This document shows, in pieces, positions 26,808 through 32,000 of a stretch of DNA of 32,000 nucleotides. How positions within the stretch are numbered: position 1 is the stretch's first letter; the number at the start of each line of letters is the position of its first letter. This DNA comes from Pyrodictium occultum (GTDB taxonomy: Archaea > Thermoproteota > Thermoprotei_A > Sulfolobales > Pyrodictiaceae), in contig NZ_LNTB01000001.1 in assembly GCF_001462395.1 (NCBI RefSeq), forward strand, positions 240,001 to 272,000. Reading direction: 5' to 3'. The translations under genes and the position numbers were made by a program. The notes beneath the pieces are model-generated. The model was not told the origin of the DNA. It made no database searches and saw nothing but the letters and a program-made list of their open reading frames with translations.

Positions 26808-27602
26808 ATGCTTGTGGCGCTGGCAATACTGGTCGCCACTATACTGATAGCGCTGTTCATAAGGCAGGTTATGAGGAGGAGTCTCCAGCACAAGCTGCCG
26901 AGCTATGTCTACAAGCCGCTGGAGAACATAGCGTTCTACGGCATTATAGTCACCGGGGTGGTGGCCGCCCTCGCCCCCCTCGGGGTGAGCCTCTCCGGCC
27001 TACTGGTGGCGGGCGGCTTCGCAGGCCTCGTGGTTGGTCTGGCCTCCCAGCAGGCGGTGTCGAACCTGGTTAGCGGCATCTTCCTGCTCATAGAGCAGCC
27101 GCTACGGATAGGCGATCCTGTAACCGTGAAGGATGTGAGCGGCGTTGTAGTCGATATAAACATCCTCTCCACCAGAGTGAGGACATGGGACGGCTATATA
27201 GTGAGAATACCGAACTCGACAGTATTCAACGAGCTGATAACCAACTACCAGCGCACCAGGGCTAGGAGGGTAGAGATAAGCATAGGCATCAGCTACGGCA
27301 GCGACCTGGACAAGGCAATGAGTGTTATAAGGGAGCTGATGGACGAGCACCCATACTGCCTCGTCAACCCCGCACCGGAGGTGTTCGTATCCAACTACGC
27401 AGACTCCGCCATAGTGATAACGGCCCGCTGCTGGGCCCCGCCCCAGGTCTGGTTCAGCACCAAGGTGCAGCTGCAGACGTCGCTGAAGAAGAGGCTCGAC
27501 GAGGCCGGTGTGGAGATACCGTTCCCGCAGCTAGACCTGCACGTCAAGGACCTAGTCCCGCTCAGCGTCAGGCTTGAGGGAGCCACGGAGCCCAAGGGCT
27601 AG
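26808..27602 (+). CDS. mscS: Small-conductance mechanosensitive channel (MscS family)
   Basis: GLASQQAVSNLVSGIFLLIEQPLRIGDPVTVKDVSGVVVDINILSTRVRTWDGYIVRIPNS is the MscS TM3/beta-domain signature. ATG 26808 is preferred; the ORF track GTG at 26745 is also possible. Confidence 0.85.
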   Translation: MLVALAILVATILIALFIRQVMRRSLQHKLPSYVYKPLENIAFYGIIVTGVVAALAPLGVSLSGLLVAGGFAGLVVGLASQQAVSNLVSGIFLLIEQPLRIGDPVTVKDVSGVVVDINILSTRVRTWDGYIVRIPNSTVFNELITNYQRTRARRVEISIGISYGSDLDKAMSVIRELMDEHPYCLVNPAPEVFVSNYADSAIVITARCWAPPQVWFSTKVQLQTSLKKRLDEAGVEIPFPQLDLHVKDLVPLSVRLEGATEPKG

Positions 27603-27840
27603 CCTGGAGTAGCCGAGGGCCAGCCTCGCCTCGTCTTTTCCACCGGCAGCCCTCTCCTCCAGCCCCTGGCCACGAGGCCTAGGATGCCCGGCATCAAGAG
27701 GCGTGTGCCACGGTACGCGAGCTAAGGGCGGCGGGGTCGGCGAGGTGTCCGGTCTCCACAGCCCCGGGCTCCCGGGGGGCTCTGTGGAGGTGCATCCCCA
27801 GGGCACCTCATCCCCCAGGGCTCCCTGCCCCCCGGGAGGC

Positions 27841-28899
27841 CTAGAGCTTTAGGCTGAGCCTCCGGAGCCTGTCCTCGAGCTCGGCGAGGTCCACGCCGTC
27901 CCTCAGCTTTATCACCGCGATGCCGCTGTGGCCTCCAATGTTCTCCGCTACCCCGTCACGGAGGAGCCCTACGGCCATCCTGTATGCGCCGCGGCCCCTG
28001 CTGCGGATTATGAGGAGTAGCGCGCCGTCATCCCTCTCCACGAGCAGCGCGACGGGCTGGCGGAGTATCTTGTAGAGCTTCGAGGCCAGCGCGCTCGCGC
28101 CCCTCCCGCTCCAGCGGCGGCGGGCGTCCACGAGCCTCACGTAGCCGACCCGCCTGGCCGAGAAGGCCAGGTCCTTCGCCAGGTCCTCCATCCTCCGGTC
28201 GCTCTCCTCCGCTACCCGTATCACCCGCTCCACCAGGTTCATGTCCACCGGCGTGTCCTGGGGCAGCGGGCTGGCCAGCCAGCGGACAAGCTTCCTCCAC
28301 ACCTCCTTGTCGCGGAGCACCGTGGAGGCCTTGGAGATGCTGGCGGCTAGCCTCACCACCCTCTTCTCGGCATCTGTCAGGGGCCTCCTGCTCCTCTCCA
28401 GCACGCCCACGGCCCTCATGAAGGCCTCCAGCCTGGGGGTGAGGTGCTTCACCCCAAGGCTTCGGAGGAGCTGGTAGGTCAGCACCGCGGTGGGCCTGTG
28501 GCCTAGGTAGACCTCCTCGCTCAGCTTGTAGAGCCTCTTGGACATGTAGAGGGTGGAGAAGTGGTGGTCAATGTATATCAGCCTTGTGGAGGAGCAGCTC
28601 CTGGCGAAGCCCTCCAGCGTCTCGTAGAGCTTCTCGGTGAGCGGTATATCTAGCACCGCCAGGGCGTCGGGGCAGTTGCCGCTGGCCGTCACGTTCTCCA
28701 GCGCGGTGGGGAAGCCCCTCGGCCCAGCCGGCTCCAGCGCGACCTCGTGACGGCCCTGGAGCGGGTAGACCTTCCGGTAGTGCTGCGCATAGTATATCAT
28801 CGCGGCGGCGGTGGCGCCGTCGGCGTCCCAGTCGGCTATAACAGCAACCGGGTACTTTACCAGGCTCCTCGGCTTAGGCCCCTGCTGGTCCGCGGTCAC
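27841..28899 (-). CDS. DHH/DHHA1 family phosphoesterase (RecJ/Cdc45/GAN-like)
   Basis: Motif I/II VAVIADWDADGATAA, motif III IYIDHHF and DHHA1 NIGGHSGIA; 352 aa; GTG start. Confidence 0.7.
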   Translation of the reverse strand: MTADQQGPKPRSLVKYPVAVIADWDADGATAAAMIYYAQHYRKVYPLQGRHEVALEPAGPRGFPTALENVTASGNCPDALAVLDIPLTEKLYETLEGFARSCSSTRLIYIDHHFSTLYMSKRLYKLSEEVYLGHRPTAVLTYQLLRSLGVKHLTPRLEAFMRAVGVLERSRRPLTDAEKRVVRLAASISKASTVLRDKEVWRKLVRWLASPLPQDTPVDMNLVERVIRVAEESDRRMEDLAKDLAFSARRVGYVRLVDARRRWSGRGASALASKLYKILRQPVALLVERDDGALLLIIRSRGRGAYRMAVGLLRDGVAENIGGHSGIAVIKLRDGVDLAELEDRLRRLSLKL

Positions 28900-29174
28900 G
28901 AAAACCCCCGGGGAGGTGTAGTGTCTAGCCCGCGGCCCCCTATAGCTGGACCCGGGAGGCCAGGCGGAGGAGGGCTCGGTGCTCGGCTGGACTCGTCACC
29001 CCCGGGAGGTAGGCATAATCCCTGGATCCTCACCGCCCCTCCCGGTGGCCGGGGAGGCCGGGGCCGGATAGCCTCCCACGCCCCCCGGCCGCTATACCCG
29101 GGAGCTACTAGCCCGCCATCCAGAACCCCCGCCGTCAATGCAGTATCCCATACCCGGGGGAGGTGACGCCAAGG

Positions 29175-29570
29175 ATGCCGCTGTCCGGGCCACCGTGGCT
29201 GCTGCTGGAGGGCCTGGGCGCCGAGGAGGCCACGGAGGAGCTGGGGCTCAACATACTCGCGAGGCTCGCCGCTGGGCCGGCCGGGCTCCACCGGCTGCTC
29301 GACGACCTGCGGCGCCTCGAGGAGGCGGGGCTCCAGCCGCCCGGCTACACCCTCCGCGACGTGGTGGCGGAGCTGCGCCTCTACCGTGAGGCCGGCGTGG
29401 TCCAGGTGGACGTCGATGGCCTGCTCCACGTGGACCCCGAGAGGCTGGAGCTGGGGGCTAGGATGCTCGTATACTCCAGGGCTGCCGTGGTGGCCGAGGC
29501 CCTGGGCCTGGAGGGGGCGGCGCTGCCGCAGCCCGCCGGGGGCGGGGAGGCGGTGCACGCCCCGGCATAG
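29175..29570 (+). CDS. Hypothetical small protein, possible winged-helix regulator
   Basis: ATG 29175 is preceded by GGAGGTGA 7-14 nt upstream. Composition is more protein-like than the antisense ORF 28896..29585. It lies directly upstream of an MFS transporter. No family recognised. Confidence 0.4.
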   Translation: MPLSGPPWLLLEGLGAEEATEELGLNILARLAAGPAGLHRLLDDLRRLEEAGLQPPGYTLRDVVAELRLYREAGVVQVDVDGLLHVDPERLELGARMLVYSRAAVVAEALGLEGAALPQPAGGGEAVHAPA

Positions 29571-29678
29571 GCGCGCCAGCTGCACACTGGTTTTATCTTT
29601 TGTCCCGGGTTCCCGGGATCTCCCTCCGCGGAAACACCTATTACCTCGGGGTCCGATGCCTCGGCGCTCGAGACGGCG

Positions 29679-31115
29679 TTGGCGGGGCCGGGCGTCCTGG
29701 AGGAGGGCTACGACCTAGCCTACGCCAAGAAGGCGGCCGCCCTGCTCGTCACGCTCCCGCTGCTGGTAATGTACACCGAGGCGGCCCTCATCCCAGCCCT
29801 TCCCGCGGTGCAGGAGCAGTACCACGTGAGCCCCAGCAGTGTTAGCTGGGTGCTCAGCATCTACCTCCTCAGCGCCGCCTCCAGCGTAGCGGTCATGGGG
29901 AGGCTCGGTGACATCCACGGGAAGAAGAGAGTCTTCCTGGCCGCACTGGCCATCTACACCGCGGGGGTGGCTCTCACCGGGTTCGCGCCGAGCTTCCCAG
30001 CCCTCCTAGCCGCCCGGGCCCTCCAGGGGGTGGGGATGGCGATATTCCCCCTAGGCTTCACCATGGTCCGCGAGGAGTTCCCGCCCCGAATGGTGCCCCA
30101 GGTCCAGGGGCTGATAAGCTCGATGTTCGGTGTGGGCGTGGCCATAGCCCTCCCCCTCGGCGGCTACGTAGACCAGCGCCTGGGCTGGCAGTGGACCTAC
30201 CGCACCGCGGCGGTGCCCGCCGCGGCGTTCCTAGCCCTCTCGGCCAGGATGCTCCGGGAGAGCAGGTACCGCAGCCCCGGCCGCCTGGACGTGGTGGGCG
30301 CCGTCCTGCTAGCGGTGGCTGCTGCAGCCAGCCTGACGGCAGTGACCATGGCGCCCTACTCCGGCTGGGCCTCCCCCCACACGCTAGGCCTCTTCGCCGC
30401 CTCGGCAGCGGTGCTTGCGGCGCTGATCCTCCACGAGCGCCGCGCCGAGCACCCCCTCGTGCCGCTGGAGCTGTTCCGGGAGGCAAACGTGGTAGCCGTC
30501 TACATGGGCGTCTTCCTCGTAGGCTTCACAGCCCAGATGAGGAGCCAGGCGCTCTCCTACCTGCTCCAGATGCCCCCGCCCTACGGCTACGGCAGGACGA
30601 CCTTCGAGGCAGGGAGCCTCATGGCCCCGGTGGCCCTTGCAAGCATAGTGACGAGCCCCCTCGCGGGCCGCGCCATAGTGGCGGCGGGGGCCAAGCCCGT
30701 GGCGGGCCTCGGGGCCCTCATCTCCATGGTGAGCCTCGCAGCCCTCGCCTACAACCCCACGGGCGCGGGCCTCTGGTGGATAGTGGGCTTCACCACCCTG
30801 ACGGGAGTGGGAATGAGCCTGTTGAACGTCTCCCTGATAAACATCCTGGTATTCACGGTGGACAGGGGGGCGATGGGCGTGGCCACCGGGCTCAACACGC
30901 TCTTCCGCAGCCTAGGCTCGGCGTGGGGCCCCGCGGTGGCGGGCAGCGTGATGAGCCTCTACTCGGCCAGGATACTGCTCCACGGCTCGGAGGTCGAGGT
31001 GCCCCTGCCCCAGGCCTACACGGTGCTCTTCCTAGCCGCCGCGGCCCTCTACGCGGCCCTAGCGGCGGCCAGCCTACGGGTCCGCGAGGTGGTGAGGGTG
31101 AGGGTGCAGGGCTAA
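29679..31115 (+). CDS. MFS transporter, drug:H+ antiporter (DHA2/EmrB-like, about 14 TM)
   Basis: MGRLGDIHGKKRVF (motif A) and LLAARALQGVGMAIFPLGF (motif C-like); 478 aa with many hydrophobic segments; TTG start. Confidence 0.8.
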   Translation: MAGPGVLEEGYDLAYAKKAAALLVTLPLLVMYTEAALIPALPAVQEQYHVSPSSVSWVLSIYLLSAASSVAVMGRLGDIHGKKRVFLAALAIYTAGVALTGFAPSFPALLAARALQGVGMAIFPLGFTMVREEFPPRMVPQVQGLISSMFGVGVAIALPLGGYVDQRLGWQWTYRTAAVPAAAFLALSARMLRESRYRSPGRLDVVGAVLLAVAAAASLTAVTMAPYSGWASPHTLGLFAASAAVLAALILHERRAEHPLVPLELFREANVVAVYMGVFLVGFTAQMRSQALSYLLQMPPPYGYGRTTFEAGSLMAPVALASIVTSPLAGRAIVAAGAKPVAGLGALISMVSLAALAYNPTGAGLWWIVGFTTLTGVGMSLLNVSLINILVFTVDRGAMGVATGLNTLFRSLGSAWGPAVAGSVMSLYSARILLHGSEVEVPLPQAYTVLFLAAAALYAALAAASLRVREVVRVRVQG

Positions 31116-31690
31116 CCGCCCGGAGGCTCCCGCGGCGCCTCGGCCAGGAGGCGCTCGAGGAGCCCCCGGGCGGCCTTCAGGAACTCCTCCACCGGGCCCT
31201 CGTTCACAAGCATATAGTCGGCCAGTGCTATCACGCTCCCTAGGCTGAAGCTCAGCTCGGTCATATCGCGCTCCCGGAACTCCTCCCAGCTGCCGGGGTC
31301 GCCCGGCCTACCCCTCCTCCGGAGCCTCTCGAACCGGGTCCTCGGCGACGCGTGGACAGCCACCGTGATAACCCTGCCCAGCCTCTGGAAAACCTCCACC
31401 TCCACCAGGCTCCGGACGCCATCGACCACCACGACGGGCGAGGAGCCCCGCTCCAGCCTCCCCGCAACCCTCAGCGCCACGGCAGCGGGCCCCTCCTCCT
31501 TGCGGAGGAGGCGGGCAACCATGTTCAGGTTGGAGGGGGTTGGCTCCAGCCCCCGGCGCCGGGCCTCCTCCCGGACCACATCCCCCATCACGTAGACCGG
31601 GAGCCCCATCTCCCGGGCGACGCTGGAGAAGAGACTCTTACCGCTCCCCGGCATCCCCGCGACGAGGATGATCAGCCGCCCGGCGGCCAC
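31112..31690 (-). CDS. UPF0200-type P-loop nucleotide kinase (dephospho-CoA kinase/adenylate kinase-like)
   Basis: Walker A LVAGMPGSGKS and the overall archaeal UPF0200 pattern (GDVVREEARRRGLEPT ... VVDGVRS..E...F); 192 aa. Confidence 0.7.
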   Translation of the reverse strand: MAAGRLIILVAGMPGSGKSLFSSVAREMGLPVYVMGDVVREEARRRGLEPTPSNLNMVARLLRKEEGPAAVALRVAGRLERGSSPVVVVDGVRSLVEVEVFQRLGRVITVAVHASPRTRFERLRRRGRPGDPGSWEEFRERDMTELSFSLGSVIALADYMLVNEGPVEEFLKAARGLLERLLAEAPREPPGG

Positions 31691-31889
31691 ACCAGCCCCC
31701 TGGGTAAGGGGTGCCGGGGCCCTAGGAGCTAGAGGCTAAAGAAGGCTAGGCAGCCCCCGGGAGCCGGGTCAGGAGGCGGGAGGGCGTTAGGATGGGCTGG
31801 AACGAGTAGAGGTACGTGCAGGAGAGGGAGCCCCTGGGGCCGTAAAAATCACGGTAGGAGGTATGGGGTGCCTGTAGGCCCCGCCGAGG

Positions 31890-32000
31890 CTAGCAGTTGG
31901 CGACGCGCTTGAGGAACTTCCTGGCCTGCTCCTTCTCCTCGGCGCTGGCCTTGTCCTCGTAGCAGAACCACCAGTCGAAGCACTTGAACTTCTGCACCCT
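31890..32000 (-). CDS. Peroxiredoxin (archaeal thioredoxin peroxidase type), C-terminal 36 codons only; the gene continues beyond the window
   Basis: My own translation of the minus strand gives RVQKFKCFDWWFCYEDKASAEEKEQARKFLKRVANC*. The C-x-DWWFC motif is characteristic of the C-terminal arm of archaeal Prx such as A. pernix ApTPx. The fragment is absent from the ORF track because its start lies outside the window. Confidence 0.7.
   Translation of the reverse strand, partial: RVQKFKCFDWWFCYEDKASAEEKEQARKFLKRVANC

Noticed and set aside
28900-29162. SRP (7S) RNA or RNase P RNA in the long GC-rich spacers. The regions at 12185-12536 and 27603-27840 were also considered.
   Set aside because: I could not find the SRP helix-8 core (CAGGxCCGGAAGGxAGCA-like) or the RNase P CR-I/CR-V signatures (GAGGAAAGUCC, ACAGAAA). 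A covariance-model scan would be needed to exclude them formally.

Overview
This is a gene-dense, very GC-rich window (roughly two-thirds G+C by eye) from an archaeal chromosome. The gene content and style point to a hyperthermophilic crenarchaeon of the Thermoprotei, Desulfurococcales-like: aEF-1beta, Pth2, FEN-1, Orc1/Cdc6, Nob1, CDC48, TATA-type promoters with short leaders, and AGG/ATA codon use. I cannot name the organism.

Almost everything is housekeeping:
- RNA modification and ribosome biogenesis: PUA-NOL1/NOP2/Sun m5C methyltransferase, Nob1, Trm5, Trm11/TrmG10, TruD.
- Translation: aEF-1beta with its Zn-ribbon partner, Pth2, tRNA-Ala(GGC), tRNA-Lys(UUU).
- Replication and repair: FEN-1, Orc1/Cdc6, a DHH/RecJ-like protein, DUF99.
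- Other: CDC48, NAD kinase, PCMT, a thi4-thiC operon, modA/modBC interrupted by an antisense Tfx-like regulator, a DUF1641 plus SQR-like oxidoreductase pair, nitroreductase, MBL hydrolase, MscS, an MFS transporter, a UPF0200 kinase, and the 3' end of a peroxiredoxin.

I found no CRISPR array, transposase, integrase, toxin-antitoxin pair or recognisable defence genes. I cannot honestly point to a convincing novel multi-gene system.

The most unusual observations are at sequence level:
- Two perfect, out-of-frame tandem duplications (146 bp and 278 bp) lie within the first 1.5 kb. One of them splits the RNA methyltransferase.
- Two genes (truD and a KH-like gene) have conserved-looking N-terminal coding sequence that sits one nucleotide out of frame from the only nearby start codon. 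Both show the same 'start codon + extra G' pattern.
- Five convergent gene pairs share a 4-nt overlapping stop (CTAG or CTAA).
- The Tfx-like regulator is embedded in the molybdate transporter cluster, with an AT-rich palindrome upstream of modA.
- An inverted repeat brackets the thi4-thiC TATA box.

Many long ORFs in the track are antisense or alternate-frame artefacts of the stop-codon-poor GC-rich sequence. All family assignments come from motif recognition by eye; no searches were run.
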